Below are positions 9,775 through 19,103 of a stretch of DNA of 52,249 bases, piece after piece. How positions within the stretch are numbered: the first letter of the stretch is position 1; every line of letters begins with the position of its first letter. The DNA lies in IMG/VR virus record IMGVR_UViG_3300044823_000078, positions 1 to 52,249 of that record. The stretch is one strand, 5' to 3'. The stretch comes from a virus. Taxonomy: Duplodnaviria; Caudoviricetes. A program made the position numbers and the translations under genes. The notes under the pieces are model-generated. The model was not told the origin of the DNA and searched no databases. It saw only the letters and a program-made list of their open reading frames with translations.

Positions 9775-10614
9775 ATGAACCAACAACTTCAACCGCTCCA
9801 GTGGAAACGATTTAAGGAGCTTGAACAAATCTGCGTCAATGGCCGTGCCGTATTCTACATGGTCGGCATGGCGCTGAATGAAATCAAGCAGGAAAAGTTT
9901 TACGAGTCGAAAGGGTTTGATTCGTTCCCGGAATACTGCGAATCAATTGGCTACTCAAGGCGCCACTGCGAGCGGTTAATCCTCGGAGCAAATGTCGTTA
10001 GCCAACTGCCTGATAATCTGCGAAGGCTTATTCAAGGTGAACACGCCGCCCGTGCCCTACTTAATATCCCGGCCAGCCTTCGTGTGGCCGCCATAGTTAG
10101 GGCTACCAGCGCCGCCACGAAGCCGGCCACTGCAAAAGCTATAAAGCAAGCCGGACCACCCCCAAGGCCACTACGGTCCAACCAGAGCGTTTTACCGCCT
10201 AAACCTGCCCCAAACCGACCTAAACCCTTGCAGCTACAACAAAAAAGTGGACCAATTGGTCCAAAAGACCGAACCGGCCTTCCCATCCCTAAAGAGGTCC
10301 TACCGACCTGGGAGCGTCGCGGAGAAATCGCCACCCTGCTTACCGACCTGTCGAAGGTCAGGACTTCCTTGCGCAAGGCTAAGGAATCCGGCGATAACCT
10401 TTTTGCTGAAGTGGACTTCACGGACAACGAGGCCAAGCTCTCGATGGTTTACGAAGATTTACAAACAGCCATGCCTCACGCCGTCTGTCCGGAGTGTAAC
10501 GGCAAGATAAAGGTGGCCGACTGCGGAGTGTGTAGTGGGCGTGGATTCGTCTCTGAATTTTATTGGCGGGTAAAAGTCCCGAACGACATCAAGGAAATCA
10601 CAGGAAGAAAATGA
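9775..10614 (+). CDS. Putative DNA-binding protein with Pro-rich linker and C-terminal zinc ribbon
   Basis: GMALNEIK...GFDSFPEYC helical N-domain; CPECNG...CGVCSGRG; internal DNA palindrome at 10248-10263. Confidence 0.55.
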   Translation: MNQQLQPLQWKRFKELEQICVNGRAVFYMVGMALNEIKQEKFYESKGFDSFPEYCESIGYSRRHCERLILGANVVSQLPDNLRRLIQGEHAARALLNIPASLRVAAIVRATSAATKPATAKAIKQAGPPPRPLRSNQSVLPPKPAPNRPKPLQLQQKSGPIGPKDRTGLPIPKEVLPTWERRGEIATLLTDLSKVRTSLRKAKESGDNLFAEVDFTDNEAKLSMVYEDLQTAMPHAVCPECNGKIKVADCGVCSGRGFVSEFYWRVKVPNDIKEITGRK

Positions 10615-10807
10615 AAGCAACTAAAGATATAGACGGAAAATTCATCTTCAATATCGGTAATGATATTTGCCGAGTATGGACAGATGAAGACGGCATCCAC
10701 ACCCAAAGGCGGTCGCGTTATGAAAATAGTTTCGTAACGCATACCGTCCAAACAATTTCATTCGAGCGCGTAGTTATTTTGGCCGAAGGCCAGATTGAGT
10801 TACCGTT

Positions 10808-11257
10808 ATGAAAATCCTCGCACTTGACCCGGCTACCCATTGCGGATGGGCGCATTCGGATGGACCTAGTGGCACCTGGGATTTGTCTATGCGCCGGGAT
10901 GAATCTGCCGGCATGAGATTGATTCGTCTGCGCGGAAAGTTAAACGAGATACTTTACTCGCAGGGCGTCGGGTTGGTTATATTTGAGGCTGCGCGGAACG
11001 CTGGGCCGCATATGCAGGGCGCACTGGTCGTCCAGTCCGAACTTCAAGGCGTAATAAAACTTTGGTGCGAAGATAACGACCTTCAATATAAGGGCGTCTC
11101 ACCAACTGAAATCAAGAAGCATGCGACCGGAAAAGGCAACGCTAAAAAAGTTCACATGATTGCGGCGGCTAAAAAGAAATGGCCAGAAGTTGAAATCGTG
11201 GACGATAACCAGGCCGATGCCATGTGGATTCTGGACTTTGCAAAAACAATTATATGA
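10808..11257 (+). CDS. RuvC-like Holliday junction resolvase
   Basis: ILALDP, VIFE, IKKHATGKGNAKK, DNQADA. Confidence 0.88.
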   Translation: MKILALDPATHCGWAHSDGPSGTWDLSMRRDESAGMRLIRLRGKLNEILYSQGVGLVIFEAARNAGPHMQGALVVQSELQGVIKLWCEDNDLQYKGVSPTEIKKHATGKGNAKKVHMIAAAKKKWPEVEIVDDNQADAMWILDFAKTII

Positions 11258-11393
11258 AAAACCTAATTAAAAGAATTTGGAGGCTACTATTCGCTAATCC
11301 AAAAACCTGTAATCATAAATGGATACGTGACGGTGACCTATATGTGAAGTGCGATAAGTGCGGAGAACTGGCTGTGTATATCGGAGGCCAATT

Positions 11394-11750
11394 ATGAATC
11401 TGACTGAACTTTCAAAACGAGTTCATGCCGCCAATGAAAAGTGGTGGCAAGACCCGCAAACTGGGTTGCCGATTAAACGGAACCGCGGAGAGTTAATTGC
11501 CCTTGAACATTCAGAGCTAAGCGAATGCCTTGAGGGCGAGCGTGAGAATCTTATGGACGATAAGCTTCCGCAATACCCGATGCCAGTAGTTGAGCAGATT
11601 GACCTTATTATTCGCGCATTAGATTATCTTGGTGGATTCTGGCCGGATGCGAACCTTGATGAAATCTTCGAGGCAAAGATGGCCTTTAATGCGCAGCGCG
11701 AAGACCATAAACACGAGGCTCGCCTTATTGCTGGTGGTAAACAATTCTGA
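11394..11750 (+). CDS. MazG-like NTP pyrophosphohydrolase
   Basis: ALEHSELSECLEG, EQIDLIIRALD, KMAFNAQR. Confidence 0.75.
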   Translation: MNLTELSKRVHAANEKWWQDPQTGLPIKRNRGELIALEHSELSECLEGERENLMDDKLPQYPMPVVEQIDLIIRALDYLGGFWPDANLDEIFEAKMAFNAQREDHKHEARLIAGGKQF

Positions 11751-12126
11751 ACTATGAAACTCTCTGAAATTCCAAAAGCCCAAAGACTAAAATTACAAAA
11801 GAAATACTTGGTATTTCATCGCTCATTCGTAAAAGAAATGATAGCCAGAACTGGGGCTATGCCGAATGAGCAATTACTTATTTGCCGCCAACAGTTTGCG
11901 AAAAAGCATAATATCGAGTTATGATTGAATCCGAAATCATAAAAGTCCAAAGCCAATTCCTTGTTTTATTTCATAACCAGCTTGCCGATTTAGAAGCATG
12001 GCCAAGTGAAAAGCTTATCGACTTACAACATCGCTCAGGCGAACTTCGGATGCACCAGGATTTTTCTATGCGCGTCTCTGGCGAAGTTAATTTTGCGGCA
12101 ACAAGCCTGATTTTGGAAAAACGATA

Positions 12127-13857
12127 ATGAAACTTCGACAGTATCAACTTACTGCGCAACAATCCACTCTGGATGGGTGGAAGGCCGGTGAGCGGACCCA
12201 GCTCGGAGTAATGCCAACGGGCTGCGGCAAGACAATAGTGTTCGCTTCACTTATCCGAGCCAAGTTTCCGAAGCGCGCAATGGTGTTAGCGCACAGACAT
12301 GAGCTTATCTGGCAGGCTCGGGATAAAATCCAACGCGTGACTGGATTTAAGGTTGATGTTGAGATGGGCGAATATAAGGCATCGGTTGACCGGGATTTAT
12401 TCCATCCGAAGTCGCAAGTTATTGTCTCGACCATCCAGACTCATTGCGCAGGCGGAGATGGTGGCGGGCGAATGGGTAAGTTTGACCCGAAGGATTTCGG
12501 GGTGTTAATCGTTGACGAAGCTCATCACGCCACCTCGCGGTCGTATCGGCGCGTGATAGATTACTATATGCAAAACCCAGACCTGGTTGTGCTCGGAGTA
12601 ACTGCCACGCCAGACAGGTCAGACGAAGAGGCTCTCGGGCAAGTATTCGGTTCAGTTGCTTTTGATTACGAAATTCTCGACGCAATTCATGATGGATGGC
12701 TTACGCCGATAGACCAGCAGATGGTTTCAGTTGAGAGTTTGGATTTCGGGAAAGTAAGGACGACAGCCGGAGACTTGAATCAAGCCGACCTGGACGCTGT
12801 GATGACTGCCGAGAAACCTTTACACGGCGTAGCAAGTTCCACGATTGATATAATCGGCGACCGTCGCGGAATAGGATTCGCAGCATCAGTTCATCATGCG
12901 CAAATGCTTTCGGAAATCTTCAACCGGCATCGTCCGGGAATGTCAGCCTTTGTCTGCGCAGGAACAGACAAGGATGAGCGGAAGAAAATCGTCTCTGACT
13001 TTGCGCGCGGAGATATTCAATGGCTTTGGAATTGTGGCGTGTTTACGGAAGGCTTCGACGACTCAGGTGTGGCCGTAATCGCAATGGCCAGGCCGACAAA
13101 GTCCCGCTCGCTCTACGCGCAGATGGCAGGCCGGGGAATGAGACCCTTAGAAAGTATAGTGCCGAGGCTTAATAACTCCTTGGCGGCCCCTTTACGGCGC
13201 GCCACGATAGCCTCCAGCAGCAAGCCAGCTTGCTTAATTATCGATTTTGTCGGTAATAGCGGCAAGCACAAGCTCATGTCAACTGCCGATATCCTCGGCG
13301 GGAATGCTTCAGACGAAGCCATCGAAGCCACAAAACTCTTTGCACGGAAACAAGGTATGCCGGTTCGGATAGCCGAACAACTCGAAGATGAAGAGGAACG
13401 TATCGAGGAAATGAAAAAGAAGCGGCTCGAAGCTGAACGCCGCAAAGCCAACCTGACTGCAAAAGCCACTTACAAAACTCAAAGCATTGACCCGTTCGAT
13501 ATTCTGCAAATTAAACCTGCCAAGGTTCGTGGATGGCATGAAGGAAAAGCACTAAGCGAAGGCCAATCAAATGTTCTACGCAAAGCAGGACTCGACCCGG
13601 CCAAGTATGATTACGCGCAAGGTTCACAATTATGCCATGCCATTATCGAAAGATGGCATGATGACCGATGCACACTTAAACAAGCCGGACTACTTGAGCG
13701 TTGCGGATGGTCAAAGCAGGAAGCAACTGAAATGAAATTTAAGGACGCCTCCGTGGCGATAGACCGCGCCGCAAAGAATAACTGGCATAAACCCGCCGAC
13801 TGGAAGCCAGCACCGAAGGTAGTATTGGCGGACAACAATGATAATGTTCCGTTTTAA
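12127..13857 (+). CDS. SF2 DEAH helicase
   Basis: LRQYQ, PTGCGKT, DEAHH, TATP, TEGFD, QMAGRG. Confidence 0.93.
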   Translation: MKLRQYQLTAQQSTLDGWKAGERTQLGVMPTGCGKTIVFASLIRAKFPKRAMVLAHRHELIWQARDKIQRVTGFKVDVEMGEYKASVDRDLFHPKSQVIVSTIQTHCAGGDGGGRMGKFDPKDFGVLIVDEAHHATSRSYRRVIDYYMQNPDLVVLGVTATPDRSDEEALGQVFGSVAFDYEILDAIHDGWLTPIDQQMVSVESLDFGKVRTTAGDLNQADLDAVMTAEKPLHGVASSTIDIIGDRRGIGFAASVHHAQMLSEIFNRHRPGMSAFVCAGTDKDERKKIVSDFARGDIQWLWNCGVFTEGFDDSGVAVIAMARPTKSRSLYAQMAGRGMRPLESIVPRLNNSLAAPLRRATIASSSKPACLIIDFVGNSGKHKLMSTADILGGNASDEAIEATKLFARKQGMPVRIAEQLEDEEERIEEMKKKRLEAERRKANLTAKATYKTQSIDPFDILQIKPAKVRGWHEGKALSEGQSNVLRKAGLDPAKYDYAQGSQLCHAIIERWHDDRCTLKQAGLLERCGWSKQEATEMKFKDASVAIDRAAKNNWHKPADWKPAPKVVLADNNDNVPF

Positions 13858-13860
13858 CTT

Positions 13861-14328
13861 ATGAGCCAACCACCACCGAGGCCGAATAAATTAACAGGGC
13901 CGCCGCCGAGGCCGCCGAAAAAGTTCCAGTTACATATTCAGAGGGACTTAATCGAGCCGGCCACTGAAGATGGTCAAGCTCCAGGCTATACGTCGAAGAT
14001 TCTAGCTCCGATTTACAAGCCGAGCGGAAAGAAGCCGGACATACTAGAACTGCTTAACCAGTCGAAAGCGAAAGCGTTAATTGGGAAGATTCTAGCGTCG
14101 AAGGTTTCTGAAGCCGAAAAGAAGTTCCTGGTCGAGGCGGCAAAGCGGCATAATGTTTTTTACTATAAGCTAATTGCAAATTATTATGCGCAGTCCTCTC
14201 CGGAAATGCAGGCATTAATGGAACAGTCGGCACTTGTCATTATTGACTTCGATAAGGCAATCGAAAGCGGTTACATAGATTTTAACGAAGAGGTTGAGGA
14301 GTTATACAAACGTGAAACAGGCCACTGA
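13861..14328 (+). CDS. Conserved phage protein, likely partner of the adjacent glycosyltransferase
   Basis: YTSKI-APIY-P...FL--AA-RH-VF-Y...SALVIIDFDKAI pattern; overlaps the next gene. Confidence 0.55.
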   Translation: MSQPPPRPNKLTGPPPRPPKKFQLHIQRDLIEPATEDGQAPGYTSKILAPIYKPSGKKPDILELLNQSKAKALIGKILASKVSEAEKKFLVEAAKRHNVFYYKLIANYYAQSSPEMQALMEQSALVIIDFDKAIESGYIDFNEEVEELYKRETGH

Positions 14329-15430
14329 AAATTTCTGCATCTTTATTTTAAGTCGAGGCCGGCCCGACAGCATGGCAACGTGCAGCCTGCTTGAGCGGTA
14401 TGGATACGACGGCCCGCTCTTTATACTGTTAGATGAAGACGATAAGACGAGGGATGAATACCACGCCAGGTACGGAGATAAAGTCATCGTAATTAAAACT
14501 CCATCTGCGCAGAGCAATCTGGATAGCTTTGATAACTTCGGAAAACACGCAGTCCTGCACGGCCGCAATGTGTGTTTCGATATCGCCGAGTCGCTGGGTT
14601 ACAAATACTTTCTGCAACTTGATGATGATTATACTGGGTTTGGGTTTCGGTTTCCAGAACCGGAATTAAAGAATGTCCACGGCGGAATAAAGTGGTCGTG
14701 GGTTATGACTAGGAAAACACTTAACGAAGTAATTCGGGCAACGATTCGGTTATTTATTAAAACTGGAGCATCTAGTATCGCCTACTCTCAGGGCGGCGAC
14801 TGGATGTCGGCAAGTTCGGGAAGCTCTGCATCGTTTTCGTTCCGTAAGTGCATGAACTCGTTCTTTTGCTCAACAAGCCGAAGGTTTAATTTCATCGGAC
14901 GCGCAAACGAAGATGTAAATACCTATACATTACTCGGAAGTCGCGGGCTTTTATTTCTAACCTTACCGCATTTCCAAGTATGCCAGCGCACGACCCAAAA
15001 ATGTAAAGGCGGCACCACAGACGTATATCTTGATGAAGGCACATATGTTAAAAGTTTTTATTCGATACTCTGCGCGCCAAGTTGTGTTAAGATAAAAATC
15101 ATGGGCAGCGCGCGGCGAAGGTTGCATCATAAGATTAACTGGGATACAGCTGTTCCAATGATTCTAAGTGAACAGCATAAAAAGGAAAAGGGCGGCGCAC
15201 GTGAAATAGTTAACGAATGGCCGGAAACTTCTGAATCGGATTTATTTACCAGAATGCAGTATCGTGATGTTTTAATTAAACCGAAAGTGGTTATAAAGCG
15301 CCGAATTAAAACCGCTGAACAACTTTTACCGAAGAAAAAAAGCATAGAGATTACGACAGAATTTGTAGACCACTTTGCCGGCCGTGGATTTTATCGTAGT
15401 CCGAAAGCCGATATCCAACCAAACTTATGA
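14312..15430 (+). CDS. GT-A glycosyltransferase, TAGT/GREB1-like (DNA-modification type)
   Basis: FILSRGRP, GRN, LQLDDDY (DxD), MNSF, NEDV, GGTTDVY; GTG at 14312 follows GAGGAG. Confidence 0.7.
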   Translation: MKQATENFCIFILSRGRPDSMATCSLLERYGYDGPLFILLDEDDKTRDEYHARYGDKVIVIKTPSAQSNLDSFDNFGKHAVLHGRNVCFDIAESLGYKYFLQLDDDYTGFGFRFPEPELKNVHGGIKWSWVMTRKTLNEVIRATIRLFIKTGASSIAYSQGGDWMSASSGSSASFSFRKCMNSFFCSTSRRFNFIGRANEDVNTYTLLGSRGLLFLTLPHFQVCQRTTQKCKGGTTDVYLDEGTYVKSFYSILCAPSCVKIKIMGSARRRLHHKINWDTAVPMILSEQHKKEKGGAREIVNEWPETSESDLFTRMQYRDVLIKPKVVIKRRIKTAEQLLPKKKSIEITTEFVDHFAGRGFYRSPKADIQPNL

Positions 15431-15624
15431 ACTGTGAAAAATGTGGAAAAGAAATACCGCAAGAGCGATTAGAAATCCTACCGAATACAACTACATGCGT
15501 TGCCTGCTCAACCGTTAAGCGCGTGAAGGGCAATATGGTATTTGAGAAGAAGATGGCTTCGGAACTAATCCTGCGGTCAGCTGATTCCATAAACCCATCC
15601 AAAGGCTCAACGTTTAGAAAGTAA
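15427..15624 (+). CDS. TraR/DksA-type C4 zinc-finger protein
   Basis: CEKCGKEIPQERLEILPNTTTCVAC. Confidence 0.85.
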   Translation: MNCEKCGKEIPQERLEILPNTTTCVACSTVKRVKGNMVFEKKMASELILRSADSINPSKGSTFRK

Positions 15625-15625
15625 T

Positions 15626-15820
15626 ATGAGCCGACCTCCGCCGCGTCCAAAATCAAGGCCGCTAATCAAGATGCAACTGAACCGGCTATTCGATAGCGAA
15701 GACGAGATGAGACAATTCGTAAAGTCCCAGATGCCGGGCACGTTAATCATCAAGAAGTGGAAGGTGGAACAATTTGCCTGTGAAGTATTGTATAAACCAC
15801 AACCGAAAGGAACAAAATGA
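15626..15820 (+). CDS. Hypothetical protein with N-terminal PPPRP
   Basis: Tightly packed ORF. Confidence 0.5.
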   Translation: MSRPPPRPKSRPLIKMQLNRLFDSEDEMRQFVKSQMPGTLIIKKWKVEQFACEVLYKPQPKGTK

Positions 15821-15978
15821 AAGTCAAAGAACTAATCGAAGAACTTCAAAAATGCAACAAGGACGCCGATGTAGTGGTCGGTGACTTTAATCTTGTTGTT
15901 GGTGTTGATTCTGGTATTCCATCCAGTTGCGTCCAGCCTGTTACTCTCGAAACTGAATACTCTCGAAACTGAAGAACA

Positions 15979-16824
15979 ATGAGCAGTGAGGGAAAAATCT
16001 GGAAGCGGGTATCGGTCGAGAATCCTTGCCCGATATGTTGCAGCACGGACTGGTGCCAATTCGGCGACCGCGCAATGAAGTGCATGCGGGTCGAGTCTCA
16101 ATTCCCATGCAAGAGTGGCGGATTTTATCACCATTACGATAAACTAAATCCAGACTTCCTTCCGAAGCAACGGCGTGAAACTCAAGTCAAAAAGATTGAC
16201 GCCTTCGGCTTGATGCAGAAGTTCCGAGCCAAGACCGAACCGCACATGTTTAACTGCCTCACCAAAGACCTTGGAGTGACGCCAGAATCGCTTATGGGGC
16301 TTCAATGTGCCTGGGCACAGGAATATAAGGCTTGGGCATTCCCGATGAAGGATGGAACGGATACAACGATTGGGATACGTCTGCGGAATCAGGCTGCATT
16401 TAAGTGGGCAGTGACCGGAAGCGCGCAGGGCATATTCATCCCGAATACCGAACCGCAGCCGATTGTTTACCTGCCGGAAGGCCCGACCGATACTGCTGCG
16501 TGTTTATCCATTGGACTCTTTGCAATTGGCCGCCCGAATAATATCTGCGGAGCTGAGATGATTAAAGTTGCAATGAATCGGCTCGGAATCCATAAGGCCG
16601 TAATCATTTCTGATAATGATGAGATGAAGCGCGATAAGTTTTCGGGCCGCGAGTGGAGACCGGGCATCGTCGGCGCGCTTCAGTTGAAAAAGGAACTCGG
16701 AGTCCAGTCAGTTATTTGGGTGCCACCGTCGCCGCTCAAGGATATTCGGGAGTTCGTGCAGAAGGGCGGACACCGAGTCATTATCGAATCACAAATACGG
16801 AATAAAGTTTGGAGCAGGAAATGA
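15979..16824 (+). CDS. Primase-like protein (Zn-binding domain + TOPRIM)
   Basis: CPIC...WC...C; EGPTD and SDND TOPRIM motifs; KDIRE. Confidence 0.8.
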   Translation: MSSEGKIWKRVSVENPCPICCSTDWCQFGDRAMKCMRVESQFPCKSGGFYHHYDKLNPDFLPKQRRETQVKKIDAFGLMQKFRAKTEPHMFNCLTKDLGVTPESLMGLQCAWAQEYKAWAFPMKDGTDTTIGIRLRNQAAFKWAVTGSAQGIFIPNTEPQPIVYLPEGPTDTAACLSIGLFAIGRPNNICGAEMIKVAMNRLGIHKAVIISDNDEMKRDKFSGREWRPGIVGALQLKKELGVQSVIWVPPSPLKDIREFVQKGGHRVIIESQIRNKVWSRK

Positions 16825-17020
16825 GAATTGGACTTCCACCTAAACCGATACGCCGATGCGCCGAGACTGGAAACAGCTTTCATTATTTGACTATTATGAA
16901 CAATGCGACCGGGGAGAAATTTGAAAACCAAGTGTATTGCAAAGACTTTGCGCAAGCCATTTGGTATGCTCGTAAAACCTGGAGCAATAAACAACTATGG
17001 ACAATCATTCCGAAACATAA

Positions 17021-17386
17021 ATGAAACCCGATGCCTACATGCCGATGTATTGGGCGGAGTTTTGGGCAGCAGTGGATGGCCAGCCCGATAACATTATCCT
17101 CGGTTATGAACGGGCCATGTCGCATTACTGGCAGCACAATCATTGCGCAGGCTTAAGGGACGACTCTGAATTTCTCCGCAGGCTGTGCCGCATTGAACGT
17201 GAAGATTGGGAAGCGGCAATGGCCATTATATTCGATAACGACAAATTCTTTACGCTCGGCGAGGATAACTTATGGCATCAGAAACGGTGCCGACAAGAGT
17301 GGGACTGGGCGATTGAAAAATACAATAAGGCGGTCGAGAATGGAAAGCTCGGCGGATACCGGAAACACAAACGAAGGAGACAATAA
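17021..17386 (+). CDS. DUF1376 (YdaU-like) protein
   Basis: YMPMY--EF, GY...YW, LR-D...L-RL, W-QKR pattern. Confidence 0.65.
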   Translation: MKPDAYMPMYWAEFWAAVDGQPDNIILGYERAMSHYWQHNHCAGLRDDSEFLRRLCRIEREDWEAAMAIIFDNDKFFTLGEDNLWHQKRCRQEWDWAIEKYNKAVENGKLGGYRKHKRRRQ

Positions 17387-17510
17387 CGAATCAAGCTCTG
17401 CCACGAGTGGTGGGCGGAGCGCAACAAATGAAACCAAACCGTAAAATTAACGCGATGCCGCCAACTGGAAGGGACACCACTCGTTGTGCAGCAGCGCGTT
17501 GTTAGGAAGC
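17381..17510 (+). other. attC-like site 1
   Basis: TAAC 17384-17387; inverted repeat ACGAGTGGTG 17403-17412 / CACCACTCGT 17475-17484; GTTAGG at 17501. Confidence 0.65.
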
Positions 17511-17515
17511 GTCTT

Positions 17516-17749
17516 ATGGCAGACATAAAAAATAAAGCACCTGAAAATGTAATCGGAAAATACTTCGTGGACTGTGCCGAATGTATTGACTGTGACCTAT
17601 GCAATGAAACCGCCCCGAATAATTTTGGCCGCAACAGCGACAAGGCATATTCATTCGTCAGCAAGCAGCCGACAACGCCAGAGGAAGAAAAGCTCTGCCG
17701 TGAATCAAAGGAAATATGCCCAGTAGAGGCCATCGGGGTAGCTTCCTAA
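17516..17749 (+). CDS. Single-cluster ferredoxin (4Fe-4S/3Fe-4S)
   Basis: CIDCDLC...CPVEAI; bracketed by GTTAGGAAGC and GCTTCCTAAC. Confidence 0.9.
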   Translation: MADIKNKAPENVIGKYFVDCAECIDCDLCNETAPNNFGRNSDKAYSFVSKQPTTPEEEKLCRESKEICPVEAIGVAS

Positions 17750-17794
17750 CGACAAGCTGAGGCGTGCTGTGACCGACAACCAACAAAGGTAAAT

Positions 17795-17956
17795 ATGACA
17801 AATGATAATTGCAAAACTGAGAAAGTGTGGTGCTACGTTTCGCTTGTGGCCCTTGGTGTAACTTTGGGCTGCATCATCACAGGAAACGGCTCTAGTGCAA
17901 TCGCCGCTTCCATTATTTTCGCAACGTCGGTCTATGGGTATGAGCACCAAACCTAA
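17795..17956 (+). CDS. 53-aa membrane peptide (below the ORF-track cutoff)
   Basis: MTNDNCKTEKVWCYVSLVALGVTLGCIITG...AIAASIIFATSVYG; stop lies in CCTAAT. Confidence 0.45.
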   Translation: MTNDNCKTEKVWCYVSLVALGVTLGCIITGNGSSAIAASIIFATSVYGYEHQT

Positions 17957-18113
17957 TTCGCCGATAAAACGCCGATATGCAGAGGGATGGTGCGAAGGAA
18001 AATACTTCTGCATCCAAGTCGCCGCCGGAGAAACGATGACGCAACTTAAAAAGCACTTCCGAGAAACGGTGGGGCATGATCGTATAAATGTGTGGCGGTG
18101 GTTTTGGGCCTAA
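17940..18113 (+). CDS. Small hypothetical cassette-like ORF
   Basis: Stop codon is the TAA of GCCTAAC. Confidence 0.4.
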   Translation: MSTKPNSPIKRRYAEGWCEGKYFCIQVAAGETMTQLKKHFRETVGHDRINVWRWFWA

Positions 18114-18217
18114 CGCTGCCCGATGAGCCACGTCGGACTAATGACTTTATGAAACCTGAACTCGAAGTGAATAAAACTGGACGCCCAACCGACGTTGGCT
18201 CCGGCGACTGGTTAGGT
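18108..18217 (+). other. attC-like site (best conserved)
   Basis: GCCTAAC 18108-18114; GAGCCACGTCGG 18125-18136 pairs with CCGACGTTGGCTC 18189-18201 with one extra base; GTTAGGT 18211-18217. Confidence 0.8.
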
Positions 18218-18251
18218 GTCCGGTCAACTGAAACAAAATCGAACATAAAAT

Positions 18252-18452
18252 ATGGACTCAACTAACTCACTAACTGTCTGCGAGGTGAACGGTAAAAGCC
18301 GCTCGGAACTCGAAGAACTGCCGCGCTGCGAAATCCGCAGTCATTGGAACGACAACGATCTCGTCGTCGTGCAAATCCTCAACCAAGTCGTGACGCTGCG
18401 AGCGCGTGAAATCATCGCTGCCGTCTCAAACTCAACCAACATCCCGCGCTAG
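18252..18452 (+). CDS. Hypothetical cassette-borne protein
   Basis: Lies between GTTAGGTGTCC (18211) and GGATGCCTAAC (18452-18462). Confidence 0.6.
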   Translation: MDSTNSLTVCEVNGKSRSELEELPRCEIRSHWNDNDLVVVQILNQVVTLRAREIIAAVSNSTNIPR

Positions 18453-19103
18453 GATGCCTAACGACGGAGCTATGCCGCGCTGACAAACCAAAAACGATAT
18501 GGGAAATATACCCCCAAAACCCCTCCTAAAAAGGCTAGTTTTAAGGCCAACTAAAAGTAGCGACCCTAGTAGCCACCCTACTAGCTTATCTACGTTTGCA
18601 GCTACTAGCTCCACTAGTAGCAATAAGAGTATAAGACAGGGCTGCGCAAGGAAAAAGGTTTGGCTCTTTGCTTTTAGCCCACCCCCACTCTCCTTGCTCC
18701 CAAAGCATCTATCCGTAACCCAGCCAGCATCCGTCCCGTTCTGGGAACATTCACTGCTTCGTAAAATGGATTTATTATTAAGCAGTCCGATTGGATTCAC
18801 GTATCTGTCCGTATTAAGGAAGCGGTCGTTGGATTATCGGAGGGCAGGTGCATCTGAATCCTGGAGGCTGGCCGCACGCGACTTGTATCACGCGCTGGGA
18901 TTCGATTTGAGCCGTCCGATGCCCGAGAAGCCTAAAAGGTTAGGGGCGGGGCTAATGAGGCCGCCAGTACGCGTCCAGGCTCCAAGAATAAGCGGTGTGG
19001 TGCCGCCCCGTCCGGACAAACGCAAGGAATCTTTTACTGGAAAGGTTTCAAGCTAGGGCTTAGAACAGTCCTGACTGTAGCTATAATTTTCTAAAAAACG
19101 AAT

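Noticed and set aside
18499-19056. 185-aa ORF before terS
   Set aside because: Ser/Pro/Arg-rich and unlike neighbouring genes; more likely origin or packaging-site DNA
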